Shown here piece by piece: positions 40,094-49,934 of a DNA stretch of 64,000 nucleotides. Position numbers and translations under genes: made by a program. This DNA is from Candidatus Latescibacterota bacterium (lineage in GTDB: Bacteria > Latescibacterota > UBA2968), in assembly GCA_965222605.1 (NCBI GenBank), contig OZ244960.1:1952001-2016000 (forward strand), written 5' to 3'. The notes beneath the pieces are model-generated. The model was not told where the DNA came from. It searched no databases and saw nothing but the letters and a program-made list of their open reading frames with translations. The first letter of the stretch is position 1. The number at the start of each line of letters is the position of its first letter.

Positions 40094-40903
40094 ATGTCAC
40101 AATCTATTCTTGAACCAGAGGATACAAAGCATCTCACACAGGCGCAGGTCGCGCAATTTGTGAATAACGGATTTGTCGTCGTTCCGGGTCTGGTCGATCC
40201 AGACCGTGTGAGCGCGGGACTAAAAGAATTAAAAAATAAAACCAGTATTGTACCCGATGAGTCAAAAACATGGCCTAAAGACAAAAATGGTATGCATGTG
40301 ACTCAGGAAGGCATTGCGATTGATCGGTCGGTGTGTATCTCACCCCAACTAAAAGCCGTCGTACAAGAACTCGCCGGACCGGCTGTCACCTGTGAGCGGG
40401 GATTGTCACCTATATTGCGGTTTCCGCAGTCGGGTATCAAACAGTTTGAACCGGGTGGCGGGCATATCGATGGCACGCGCCAGGGCAACGGCCTCACCGT
40501 ATATCCCACCCATTTTCTTCTGCTGGTAATGGCCTATCTGACAGATACAGACGAACACGACGGAGCCTTCACCGTATGGCCGGGCAGTCCGCGACAGGTA
40601 TTTTCGTGGGCGTATTCCAACAATATTGACCTCGGAGAAAAGTGGCGCACAACGGGCAGCACCGGCGCACCGGACATCCCGCTCAACGATCCAATCCCCG
40701 TTGTCGCACGGGCAGGCGACGTGGCGATATGCCATTATCTAATGGTACACGCCAACTCCGCCAACCGGGGCGACCATGTGCGCGTTGGGCTTCACGGATG
40801 GCTCAAGGCAGTTCCCGAATATCAATATATCCCGAAAACGGGACCGCCCCAAACGGACTGGACCCCGTTGGACTGGATATTGAGAACGGACAATTTACAC
40901 TGA
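40094..40903 (+). CDS. Phytanoyl-CoA dioxygenase (PhyH) family protein
   Basis: FVNNGFVVV, GHIDG, YLTD, TVWPGS, AGDV..HYLMVH. Confidence 0.85.
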   Translation: MSQSILEPEDTKHLTQAQVAQFVNNGFVVVPGLVDPDRVSAGLKELKNKTSIVPDESKTWPKDKNGMHVTQEGIAIDRSVCISPQLKAVVQELAGPAVTCERGLSPILRFPQSGIKQFEPGGGHIDGTRQGNGLTVYPTHFLLLVMAYLTDTDEHDGAFTVWPGSPRQVFSWAYSNNIDLGEKWRTTGSTGAPDIPLNDPIPVVARAGDVAICHYLMVHANSANRGDHVRVGLHGWLKAVPEYQYIPKTGPPQTDWTPLDWILRTDNLH

Positions 40904-41022
40904 GAAAGGAGGTCCTTTTAATGCCGAGATCTGATAGTTTTGAAGAAGGAAATTCGAGTCGTTGGCGGGAAAATCCCACACGGGAACATCCTCGTCAAAA
41001 CCACGAACAAAGGAGTTGACAA

Positions 41023-44000
41023 ATGAAGCGAATGTGTTTGTTGAGTATGTTTGTCCTTTGCCTGGTATCTCAAGCTTTTGCAGGTACCACGGGAAGGGTT
41101 GTCGGCGTAATAAAAGACGCCACGGGAGAGGTATTACCCGGCGCAAACATCGTCGTAATAGGCACCCGCTTGGGCGCGACCACAGACGCCGATGGTAACT
41201 ATTTTATCCTCAATGTCCCACCCGGCCTGCTGGAAGTGCAGGCGTCAATGGTGGGATATACAAAGGTCACGCAGACCGAAGTTCGCGTAAAAATTGATCA
41301 AACCACAAAACTCAATTTTACATTGACCGAAGAAACCCTCGAAGCTGCCGAAATATTGGTAGTGGCCGAGCGTCCCCCCGTAGAACTGGACCTCACGGCG
41401 AGCAAGCAGACAATGACGACGATGGACCTGGCATTGAGCTGGGCCAATTCCGTGGAAGAGGCTGTGGAAACCCAGTCTGGCGTAGGGGTTCGGGGAAGTA
41501 TCCGGGGCGGATACGGCTTCACCGCCGCCTATATCATAGATGGGGTGGATGTGCGGGACAGCAACACCCAGTCCAGTTTTGTAGTAACCAATACCTCAGC
41601 CATCCAGGAGATGGAAGTGCTCTCGGGGGGATACAATGCGGAATATGGCCAGGCCAACGATGCGATCATCAACATCGTAACGCGGTCGGCACGAGACCGC
41701 TGGCACTGGAATGCAAAGACGCGCATGCGCCCGCGCGGCAAGTACCATTGGGGCCGCAATATTTACAGCGAGGAAAATGTTGAAAACCAGGTGATCACCA
41801 AAGAGTTTTTCGACAACAACGATATGGGTGCTTCCTGGAATAACTACTGGACAGAACAGGGCCAAAATCCTACACCTGAGTTCAACTGGCAAAAGTACCA
41901 GGAATTCACCACGCCACCGGAAGACATGGGCAATTACGCCGATCTGGACCAGTGGGAGTGGGAAGGTGCTACGTTCGGTCCCATCTCCTCCAATATGGAT
42001 CTGTTGTTAAGCGGCAAGTATTTGCGAGGTGTAACCAAGTGGCCGAGCGTTTTCAAATACAGCCCCGAATGGAGCGTGCTTGCCAAATTGAATTACAACC
42101 TGACCCAGAATACCAGAATCACGGCGTCGTTCAATCACCAGGGCACCGATAACAGCGGTCAGCCCAGGTTGACTTATATGTCGTCCGACGATATGGGCGG
42201 TTCGATGGGGAATCTTCCGTCGGGAGGGATACGAACGCCTTTTCAGAGAGAGAAATGGAATTCGAATGGCAACTCCGTAATTACCGGCAATAACTCGCGC
42301 GTGCCTCCTCCTCAGTATATCCGGACGAATGCGGCAATGTTAAAACTGACGCACGTTTTCAGCCCGCGCACATTTGTGGATTTCCGCATTCAGCACTACC
42401 GAATGGATTACGACGCGCATTACGAGAATCTGGATACGAATCCCGTCTTATTCCAGGATCAACTTGATCGAACCCCGGTGTTTTTGGAACCGACGTGGTT
42501 TCCCAGCAGTCCGGTCAGCACTGGCGGACGGCAATGGCAATGGCCGAGAGATAACGCCAAATTGTTCGCCAATACCTCGCGAACATCGATCAAGTTCGAT
42601 CTGACCAGCCAGGTCAATGAACACAATCTGGTCAAGGCGGGCCTATCATTCGAGCCGCAGTATATCGATACCTGGTACGGTGGGCAGTTTGGATCGGCTT
42701 CGCAACCGTTTAACAAAGTGCCAAACCGGGATTATAGCCCGTGGGATTTCACCGCTTATGTACAGGATCAAATTGAAGCCGAAGGCATGATCGTAAATCT
42801 CGGATTGCGTCTGGACATGTTCAACGCCAACCGGAAGGTAAATTACACCCTGTGGGATCCCTACGCGCTGTCGAGCATCACCGATGGAAATATCGCGGGT
42901 GGGATTCTGTCCTTCGACCCGGAGGGTCCCCATGCCGTTGACACGCCGCTTCAGGTCGCGCTCTCACCACGCGTGGGCATCGCGCATCCCATTACCGCGA
43001 GCACTGTATTGCACTTTATGTACGGGCATTTCAATCAGCGTCCGCCCTGGGTAAAAATTGCCGGAAATAAAGCTATCTGGAACCGCGGGGCACCCTCTGA
43101 TCCGAGCGTTCAACTGCCGCCCAACTACGATGCAAATCCCAACGAGGATTACAACTATATCCACTGGTGGGGCACAGGCGGCAATCCGGAGATCGGATTC
43201 GAAAAGATGATCCAGTATGAGGTTGGATTTGATCAGGACATTGCCGGCACACTTGGGTTGGACGTAACCATGTATTACAAAGATGCCAAGGATCTGACAA
43301 GGCGAGGTTTCCGGCAGGGACGGGAGGAAGAAACCGGCAACAGCTCAACGCTTCAGCTCAATTTGTTTATGGATCCCAACAATCCACAGAAGCAAACGCC
43401 TCAGAGTGGGTTTACCAACCGGGGCGCGTGGTCTATGCAAGGTGCGCGCCTCGATGCCCGCGGCCTGGAATTTGAATTGAGCACCAAACGCTGGCCCCAT
43501 GCACAATTCCAGATCAAGTACGACCTATCCTATTCCAGCACGGGCGCTTATGGTCCCATAAGCCTCTATATTCCCATACCACAACCAGATGGTTCGATTA
43601 AGCAACTCGGACGAGATAGATATCAAGGGTCCGGTGAGAACAATCTCGAATTGTGGAATCCACACAATACCTTAAAGTTCAATGCATTGCTCAGCACGCC
43701 CAGCAACTTTGGCCCGGTGATGGGTAACTGGTTCTTGAATATGCACTACACCTACGCTTCGGCGCAGCGATACACCTATCACCCGCACGAAGATACGAGC
43801 ACCGAGCCGCTGAACCGGTCGTGGGAGCCTTATCACCGCACCAATGCGCGCCTCTCCAAGCGTTTCGAACTGGTGGGTGGAATGAAAGGCGAATTCGCAC
43901 TGGATGTACACAATGTCTTCAACAACAAAATCTTGAAACTGTTCGGCGGACAGGATTTGTTCAACTACATTGAAAAAAGCGAAATGCCCGTGGTAAAAGC

Positions 44001-44118
44001 CTCCTATCTGACGCCAGATGGTGCTTCATCCGAATGGGTAGAGCCGAATCAGTGGACGATTTACCGCCCGGATCTGAACCCGAGAGAGTTGTTCTTCTCG
44101 CTGTCGATTGATTATTAG
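41023..44118 (+). CDS. TonB-dependent receptor with N-terminal carboxypeptidase-regulatory-like domain
   Basis: Signal peptide, GEVLPGANI, GGYNAEYG plug motif, SPRVGIAHPI, C-terminal beta-signal. Confidence 0.88.
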   Translation: MKRMCLLSMFVLCLVSQAFAGTTGRVVGVIKDATGEVLPGANIVVIGTRLGATTDADGNYFILNVPPGLLEVQASMVGYTKVTQTEVRVKIDQTTKLNFTLTEETLEAAEILVVAERPPVELDLTASKQTMTTMDLALSWANSVEEAVETQSGVGVRGSIRGGYGFTAAYIIDGVDVRDSNTQSSFVVTNTSAIQEMEVLSGGYNAEYGQANDAIINIVTRSARDRWHWNAKTRMRPRGKYHWGRNIYSEENVENQVITKEFFDNNDMGASWNNYWTEQGQNPTPEFNWQKYQEFTTPPEDMGNYADLDQWEWEGATFGPISSNMDLLLSGKYLRGVTKWPSVFKYSPEWSVLAKLNYNLTQNTRITASFNHQGTDNSGQPRLTYMSSDDMGGSMGNLPSGGIRTPFQREKWNSNGNSVITGNNSRVPPPQYIRTNAAMLKLTHVFSPRTFVDFRIQHYRMDYDAHYENLDTNPVLFQDQLDRTPVFLEPTWFPSSPVSTGGRQWQWPRDNAKLFANTSRTSIKFDLTSQVNEHNLVKAGLSFEPQYIDTWYGGQFGSASQPFNKVPNRDYSPWDFTAYVQDQIEAEGMIVNLGLRLDMFNANRKVNYTLWDPYALSSITDGNIAGGILSFDPEGPHAVDTPLQVALSPRVGIAHPITASTVLHFMYGHFNQRPPWVKIAGNKAIWNRGAPSDPSVQLPPNYDANPNEDYNYIHWWGTGGNPEIGFEKMIQYEVGFDQDIAGTLGLDVTMYYKDAKDLTRRGFRQGREEETGNSSTLQLNLFMDPNNPQKQTPQSGFTNRGAWSMQGARLDARGLEFELSTKRWPHAQFQIKYDLSYSSTGAYGPISLYIPIPQPDGSIKQLGRDRYQGSGENNLELWNPHNTLKFNALLSTPSNFGPVMGNWFLNMHYTYASAQRYTYHPHEDTSTEPLNRSWEPYHRTNARLSKRFELVGGMKGEFALDVHNVFNNKILKLFGGQDLFNYIEKSEMPVVKASYLTPDGASSEWVEPNQWTIYRPDLNPRELFFSLSIDY

Positions 44119-44199
44119 CCGAACAACCGGATGTCGTCGCTAATGCGCGACATCCGGTCTTAGAATTTCCAATATTTTCAAATAACAAAGGAGTTTCTG

Positions 44200-46269
44200 A
44201 TGAAAGCAATACGCAGGCTTCTCCCACTCTGGGTGATGTGCCTCGTGCTGATGTTACCGGAGGTTGTAAATGCTCAGGTACCCGAAAGCCAACTCGTGGG
44301 CAACAACCCAATCGAGTTTACCGCCGGAAGATTGTGGTGGGGCACGAGTACCGCGGCGAATTACGCAGAGACGGCGATTCCCAACGTCATTTCGTATCCC
44401 GGCTATTACCAGGCCACCGACCACATAGATATGATTGCGCCCTGGATATGGATCAACAATCAGGGGCGGCGGGTCAAGCTCAACTTAACAGAACGAAGCA
44501 TTGTGTCTTTTGGCGGTGCTGTACAGCCCATGGTCAACAATTACAATTACAATTTTGTGGGACCAGGCGGCACCAACGAGGCCGAGCAATGGGGCGAAGG
44601 AATCTTCCAGACGTTCAAAATGGATCCAGCCAGCCCTGCCGATGCAATGGGGGCAATGCAGATCACCACCAAGACAATGGTATGGAGCGTCCCCAGGTAC
44701 GATGACTTTGTTATCCACAAAATCAAGATCAAACATGTGGATGACGTACCCTTTGAAGATTTCTACATGTGTTTTCCCGCTCAGGTGCAATACAACAACG
44801 GTCAGCTTGTAAACAACGCCTTCAAGTTCAAGAACGACATGCAATTCGACTGGGATCCCGAACGGAAAATTTTCATATTCTACGACGATGTACAGTGGCC
44901 CACCACGGAAAGCTCGCCCATTTCGTTTGGCATATTCGAGCCGCCGGGAGACGTGACCGGCGATGGTGGCGATCCGGGCAATATCACCGAGTCGGGATCT
45001 CTGGATCGCAGGCTTTACGAACCAGAAGCCAGGGCGTGGGGCATTCTAAATCTGACTTACAACGGTCAGCCCGAAGAACCCCATTACAATATCCTGGCTG
45101 CGGCTGAATCCGGAACAAGGACAGGCAACTTCGCAGGGAGGATGAGCGATGCTCGCGTACCAGCACGCGAATCCGGGCGTCTGTGGTCTGGGCAAGCCTG
45201 GGAACAGGATTTGCTGGCATTTTCACACGATCAGGAGCGGGCGAATTGGATTGACCTCTGGAACGACCCATCTCGCCCCAAAGACGGATCGGCGGATGGC
45301 AATCTCTTCGAGCGATCCCCCATGTTGTATTCCTACATTGGCCCCTACACTTTTCAGCCCGGCGATGAAATTGAACTGATCATCCTCTATTGTTTTGGCG
45401 AGATGGACCGCAATGTTTCGCAACGCGGCGGATTGCAAGCTGTACAACGATATCAGGCAGAAGGTATTGCCGCGTTGAAGCAAAACTGGGATTCTGCCCT
45501 GGAACTGATCGCCAATAACTACAAGTTGCCCGCCAATCAGTATCCGCCTCCAATCGTGGGTTCGCAGCCATTTGTTGATGACGGATTTCCTAAGCTGGAG
45601 GCTGAAGCATTTGCCGACGCCAGTACCGGGTCGCAGGGCTTTGACTTGACCTGGCAGGCCGTGCCGGACAATTACCAGGATCCGGGCACAGGTGAAAATG
45701 ACTTTGCCGGATATCGGATTTACCGGTCAGAGATTCACATCACTGGTCCCTGGGAACAGCTTGCGGAGATTTCCGCTGCGGAAGCCGCAGCTTATAAGCA
45801 GGGCGATAAGATCGTTTTTCGAGCCGAGACAGATCCCGGTATCCCCTTCCGCTTTGCGGTGACCTCCTACGATACCCGCGGACTGGAAAGCGGCATAACG
45901 GCCTATACGTTTTTCGCTACGGAAGCCCCCAAGGCACCTTCAGATGATATGACCCAGATCCGCGTGGTACCCAACCCATTCCGCCAGCGAAGCGGGTTGC
46001 TGGATGCATCTCAGAACAACCGCCTCGCCTTTGTGAATATTCCGGCCAAATGCACCATCCGGATTTATACATTGGCGGGCGATCTGATAAAAATTATTGA
46101 ACACGACGGTTTTGGCGAAACCACCTGGGGCAGCCAGGCCAATGGCAATTATTTGCAGACGGACTTTTCTGAAAGCCCGGCCGCTGGTCTTTACATCTAT
46201 CAAGTAACCTCTCACGTACCGGGACAAGAAGGCCAGTCTCACGTTGGGAAATTCATGATCATTCGATAA
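44200..46269 (+). CDS. Secreted protein with FN3-like domain and T9SS-like C-terminal sorting domain
   Basis: Signal peptide; DFAGYRIYRS; IRVVPNPF...CTIRIYTLAGDLI...AGLYIY...GKFMIIR. Confidence 0.8.
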   Translation: MKAIRRLLPLWVMCLVLMLPEVVNAQVPESQLVGNNPIEFTAGRLWWGTSTAANYAETAIPNVISYPGYYQATDHIDMIAPWIWINNQGRRVKLNLTERSIVSFGGAVQPMVNNYNYNFVGPGGTNEAEQWGEGIFQTFKMDPASPADAMGAMQITTKTMVWSVPRYDDFVIHKIKIKHVDDVPFEDFYMCFPAQVQYNNGQLVNNAFKFKNDMQFDWDPERKIFIFYDDVQWPTTESSPISFGIFEPPGDVTGDGGDPGNITESGSLDRRLYEPEARAWGILNLTYNGQPEEPHYNILAAAESGTRTGNFAGRMSDARVPARESGRLWSGQAWEQDLLAFSHDQERANWIDLWNDPSRPKDGSADGNLFERSPMLYSYIGPYTFQPGDEIELIILYCFGEMDRNVSQRGGLQAVQRYQAEGIAALKQNWDSALELIANNYKLPANQYPPPIVGSQPFVDDGFPKLEAEAFADASTGSQGFDLTWQAVPDNYQDPGTGENDFAGYRIYRSEIHITGPWEQLAEISAAEAAAYKQGDKIVFRAETDPGIPFRFAVTSYDTRGLESGITAYTFFATEAPKAPSDDMTQIRVVPNPFRQRSGLLDASQNNRLAFVNIPAKCTIRIYTLAGDLIKIIEHDGFGETTWGSQANGNYLQTDFSESPAAGLYIYQVTSHVPGQEGQSHVGKFMIIR

Positions 46270-46281
46270 GCGGAGGCTATA

Positions 46282-47355
46282 ATGAAACGTTGTACATTTA
46301 AATGGACAATAATCCCAATCCTTTTGCTCGTGCTGGGATTTGCAAGCGACGGGTTCGCGCAGCGACGATTCGAAGCAGAAGTGGGATCGGGTGTTGCGCC
46401 CCTGCCCTATAGCCGCGTGGGACGGTCGGGCTGGCAATTTGCCAAATTGCCCACCTCGGCGCGCATGGCGAGTCTGGGCGGTATTGCAACGGTGTTGGGC
46501 AAAGCAGATGCCAACGGCGCATTGACCAATCCCGCCGCGATCTCAGACGTAACAAACATCAGCCTTTCGGGCAGCAGCATGAACTGGATTGCCGACATCA
46601 CCTATTATTCTGGTGCTGTGGTCAAAAATTTTGACCAGTGGGGTGTTTTCGGTCTCAGCATCAGTTCCCTCGATTACGGGGAGATGGTACGCACGGAAAA
46701 CCAGGAACTATTTGGTCCCGGTGGAGAAACCCTGGGCCGCACACAGCCTGTTATAGAAGGATTGGGCACGTTTTCAGGTGGTGACCTCGCCGTGGGCATC
46801 AATTACGCCCGGCGCATCACAGACCGCTTGCAGGTGGGCGGCACGGTGAAGTACTTTCAGGAAAACTTAGACAATGCCACCACCGGCAACTGGGCCGTGG
46901 ATATCGGCACGTACTATCACACCGGAATCAAAAGCTTGAGGCTTGCAATGCTCGGGCAGAATTTTGGCCCCGATACCCAGTTCACCAAATACGACGAACA
47001 GATTCAAATTCCGCCATCGCAAGTGCGAATGCCCATGGTATTCAAACTCGGTGCGGCGATTGATCTGATCGAACAATCAGAGGATCAGCCCCATCTCCTC
47101 ACGGTGGCAACCGAGTTTACGCATCCCAATGACGGCGACGAAAAAATGCACGTCGGTGCCGAATACGGATTGCGAAACATGGCCTATATTCGCGGCGGGT
47201 ACCGATTCAATTACGACGAAGAGGGCCTGACCGCCGGTGGAGGCCTTAATCTGAAACGCGATCAATACGGTATCAGCGTGGATTACGCCTATATCGAATT
47301 TGGCCGTCTGGGTTCAGTGCATGTCGTGACGGTCGGATTTGAATTCGGACAGTAA
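46282..47355 (+). CDS. PorV/PorQ-family outer-membrane beta-barrel
   Basis: SARMASLG, NPAA, RGGY, DYAY; follows a CTD protein. Confidence 0.82.
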   Translation: MKRCTFKWTIIPILLLVLGFASDGFAQRRFEAEVGSGVAPLPYSRVGRSGWQFAKLPTSARMASLGGIATVLGKADANGALTNPAAISDVTNISLSGSSMNWIADITYYSGAVVKNFDQWGVFGLSISSLDYGEMVRTENQELFGPGGETLGRTQPVIEGLGTFSGGDLAVGINYARRITDRLQVGGTVKYFQENLDNATTGNWAVDIGTYYHTGIKSLRLAMLGQNFGPDTQFTKYDEQIQIPPSQVRMPMVFKLGAAIDLIEQSEDQPHLLTVATEFTHPNDGDEKMHVGAEYGLRNMAYIRGGYRFNYDEEGLTAGGGLNLKRDQYGISVDYAYIEFGRLGSVHVVTVGFEFGQ

Positions 47356-47380
47356 GACCGCGTTTGCATCCGTCGTAAAC

Positions 47381-47418
47381 AGGGCGCCTGACGGAGTACA
47401 CTCATCCGTCGGCGCCTT
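47381..47418 (+). terminator. Hairpin terminator after the first TBDR operon
   Basis: GGCGCCTGACGGA...TCCGTCGGCGCC; a relative occurs at 60885-60932. Confidence 0.65.
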
Positions 47419-47439
47419 AATTTTGTACTACAAAAACTC

Positions 47440-47467
47440 TTGACAGGAGGGATTGAGGAAATATATT
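47440..47467 (+). promoter_or_regulatory. Sigma70-like promoter
   Basis: TTGACA-16 bp-TATATT. Confidence 0.55.
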
Positions 47468-47536
47468 GTCGAAAGTATTAAAATTTATTTATATCATAGA
47501 TTAGTGGTCTTGGAAAAAAGGGCTTATCTGATAGAT

Positions 47537-47697
47537 TGGATCGCAGCTAAAATCATGCTGCGATAATAACCAAAACCTTCTGGATCGCGGCTTAAAACCA
47601 TGCCGCGATGACGGCGCTTTTGATAAGTTTGATTGATGTGTAAGATTAATACATTGATGACGGCTCTGTTAATAGTGATGTGTAAGATTAATACATT
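47537..47697 (+). repeat. Two REP copies (47537-47564, 47580-47612) and a 22-bp direct repeat TGATGTGTAAGATTAATACATT (47634-47655, 47676-47697)
   Basis: Read directly from the sequence. Confidence 0.8.
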
Positions 47698-47821
47698 TCT
47701 CATTCAGCTTTGAAAGACCATTCGGAAAGGAGAAAGCCTTTTTGATGAGACAGCCGCGCTACTTAAAGAATGTAAGCGCGGTTTTTTTATTTGAAAATCA
47801 CTTTGTTTGCGAGAAACACCG

Positions 47822-49126
47822 ATGAGTCAAAAACCAAATATACTGATCATCACGAATCACGATTCGGGTCGCCACTTCGGGTGTTACGGGGTAGAAACCG
47901 TGCATACCCCGGCGATTGATGCACTGGCCGCTGACGGGCTGAAATTTGAAAACTATTTTGCAACCGTACCGCTTTGCAGCCCGAGCCGCGGGGCAATGCT
48001 CACTGGTCGCTATCCGCAAAGCACCGGGCTGATGGGATTGACGCACGCGCCCTGGCACTGGGCCCTCAACGAGGGAGAACAGCACCTATCGCACATTCTT
48101 CGCGACGCGGGTTACCACACCGCGCTATTTGGGTTGCAGCACGAAGCCGCCGATGTGCAAACACTGGGCTTTGAGGCATTACACGCCCAGCACCGGGATG
48201 AAGGCGGGCGGTGTACAGCCGATGAAGTTGCACGGGCGACAGCCGAATTTCTAAAAGGAGAAGTTCGCGCGCCTTTTTACGCACAGGTGGGATTCTTTGA
48301 AACACATCGCCCCTTTGACTTCGGAGACGTGACACCCGACGACAGCAAAGGGGTTTTTGTACCGCCCTTCCTGGCCGAAAACGAGACGGTAGTCGCGGAT
48401 CTCGCACATTATCAAGGCGCACTCCGAAAAGCGGACGAAGCAGTGGGAATTATTGCAGAGGGACTTGCCGAAAGTGGCCTTGCAGACAATACCATTATCG
48501 TCTTTACCGTAGATCACGGCATCCCCTATCCCCGGGCAAAAGGCCATGTGTACGATCCGGGATTGTCGATTCCCTTAATCGTGCGATGGCCCAACGGTGG
48601 GATTCAAGGCGGTAAAACATGCGACTGGCTCTTGAGCAATGTGGATTTTCTGCCCACCCTGCTGGACCTGATCGGAGTGCCAATACCCGAAAACGTGCAG
48701 GGCGTGTGTTTTTCCGGTGCTCTCGGAAAAGGCGAAGCCGAGCCGCCGCGAGATGCCATCTTCGGATTTATGCAATCGGGCGAATTGCGCTGCATTCGCA
48801 CAAAACACCACAAGTTGATCCGCAATTTTGAACCCCGCAGGCTATTTGCCACGCCTGTAGATGTATCGGTTTCGGTATCTTCCCGGTGGCCGAACACGGC
48901 ATACCTCGTAACATCGGAAGAATGCCCGGCAGTGCAACTGTTCGATTTGCAAAAAGACCCGAATGAGTTTCACAACGTGGCAGAAGATCCGAATTACGCA
49001 GATGTGCGCGCCGAACTGGACGGACGGTTGTGGGCCTGGCTGGAAGAGGTCGGCGACCCAATCCTGAAAGGCTCGGTGCCCACGCCGTATTACCGCCGAC
49101 TGATGGCCGAAGCCGGACGCGGGTAA
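47822..49126 (+). CDS. Sulfatase (Cys-type, N-sulfoglucosamine sulfohydrolase-like)
   Basis: KPNIL, CSPSRGAMLTGRYP, ETHRPF, DHG. Confidence 0.9.
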   Translation: MSQKPNILIITNHDSGRHFGCYGVETVHTPAIDALAADGLKFENYFATVPLCSPSRGAMLTGRYPQSTGLMGLTHAPWHWALNEGEQHLSHILRDAGYHTALFGLQHEAADVQTLGFEALHAQHRDEGGRCTADEVARATAEFLKGEVRAPFYAQVGFFETHRPFDFGDVTPDDSKGVFVPPFLAENETVVADLAHYQGALRKADEAVGIIAEGLAESGLADNTIIVFTVDHGIPYPRAKGHVYDPGLSIPLIVRWPNGGIQGGKTCDWLLSNVDFLPTLLDLIGVPIPENVQGVCFSGALGKGEAEPPRDAIFGFMQSGELRCIRTKHHKLIRNFEPRRLFATPVDVSVSVSSRWPNTAYLVTSEECPAVQLFDLQKDPNEFHNVAEDPNYADVRAELDGRLWAWLEEVGDPILKGSVPTPYYRRLMAEAGRG

Positions 49127-49226
49127 TTTTTTTGAGAGGAGGTGGAAACCGGAACTGAGAAAGATGTCGCGTTTTACAAGCATTCGCAGTTGGAAAACAG
49201 TCTCTGAGACTGAAAGGAGGTTCTGA

Positions 49227-49922
49227 ATGAAAAAAATGGCAGTTGTTATAACCTGTGTGGGGTGCTGTCTGGGATCGTGGCAGACAGCAGACGCTCAGGA
49301 AACAGGACAGTGGGGTGTGGGGGCCTTTGTCGATTATGCCAGACCGACACTGGGGCTGGCCGATAGGTGGGCCGGCGTGCCCAAAGGCGGGATAACGCTG
49401 ACCTACACAGCCAACCCGAAGATCTCGGTAGAAGTGGAATATCACTATTCCCTGTTCGGCGATGGGTCCCTGGAGACGACGCCATTTACCTGGGCGGTAG
49501 ATAAGCGGGATTATGTAAGCCCAAGTGCGGTACACGAGATGCGGATTAACAGTTTTTTGTTAAACACCCTCATCCACTTTCAGGAACGCAGCCGCAATAC
49601 GGGCTTTTCGTCCTATTTCGCGATAGGTACCGGGCTTTACGCTTACCGCACGAAAGTTCAGAACCTGATCTTTCCCGGTCAAGCCGTGGAGCCGCTAAAC
49701 CAGTCGCTACACCTGCCCGATCAGACCGATGTTCGCACGGCACTGGGTGTAAATGTGGGCCTGGGCGGAAGTTTGCCCGTCGGCACACAACTCGCCCTGG
49801 ATGTGCGGACGCGCTATAACGTAATTTTCGGTTACCTGAGGCCGCATCTGGCCTGGGGAATTGCTCAGACCTCGTTCTTTCAAATGCTGGATCTGGGCGT
49901 GGGTCTGAAATACTACTTTTAA
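49227..49922 (+). CDS. Outer-membrane beta-barrel protein
   Basis: Signal peptide, alternating beta strands, C-terminal GLKYYF. Confidence 0.75.
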   Translation: MKKMAVVITCVGCCLGSWQTADAQETGQWGVGAFVDYARPTLGLADRWAGVPKGGITLTYTANPKISVEVEYHYSLFGDGSLETTPFTWAVDKRDYVSPSAVHEMRINSFLLNTLIHFQERSRNTGFSSYFAIGTGLYAYRTKVQNLIFPGQAVEPLNQSLHLPDQTDVRTALGVNVGLGGSLPVGTQLALDVRTRYNVIFGYLRPHLAWGIAQTSFFQMLDLGVGLKYYF

Positions 49923-49934
49923 GAGGAGGTTGCA

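Noticed and set aside
47634-47697. 22-bp direct repeat as another mini-CRISPR
   Set aside because: No similarity to the I-E repeat, only a 20-nt spacer and no adjacent cas genes; an operator is more plausible
47713-47738. AAGACCATTCGGAAAGGAGAAAGCC vaguely resembles the c-di-GMP-I riboswitch core
   Set aside because: The required P1/P2 pairings are not evident; an Infernal scan would be needed
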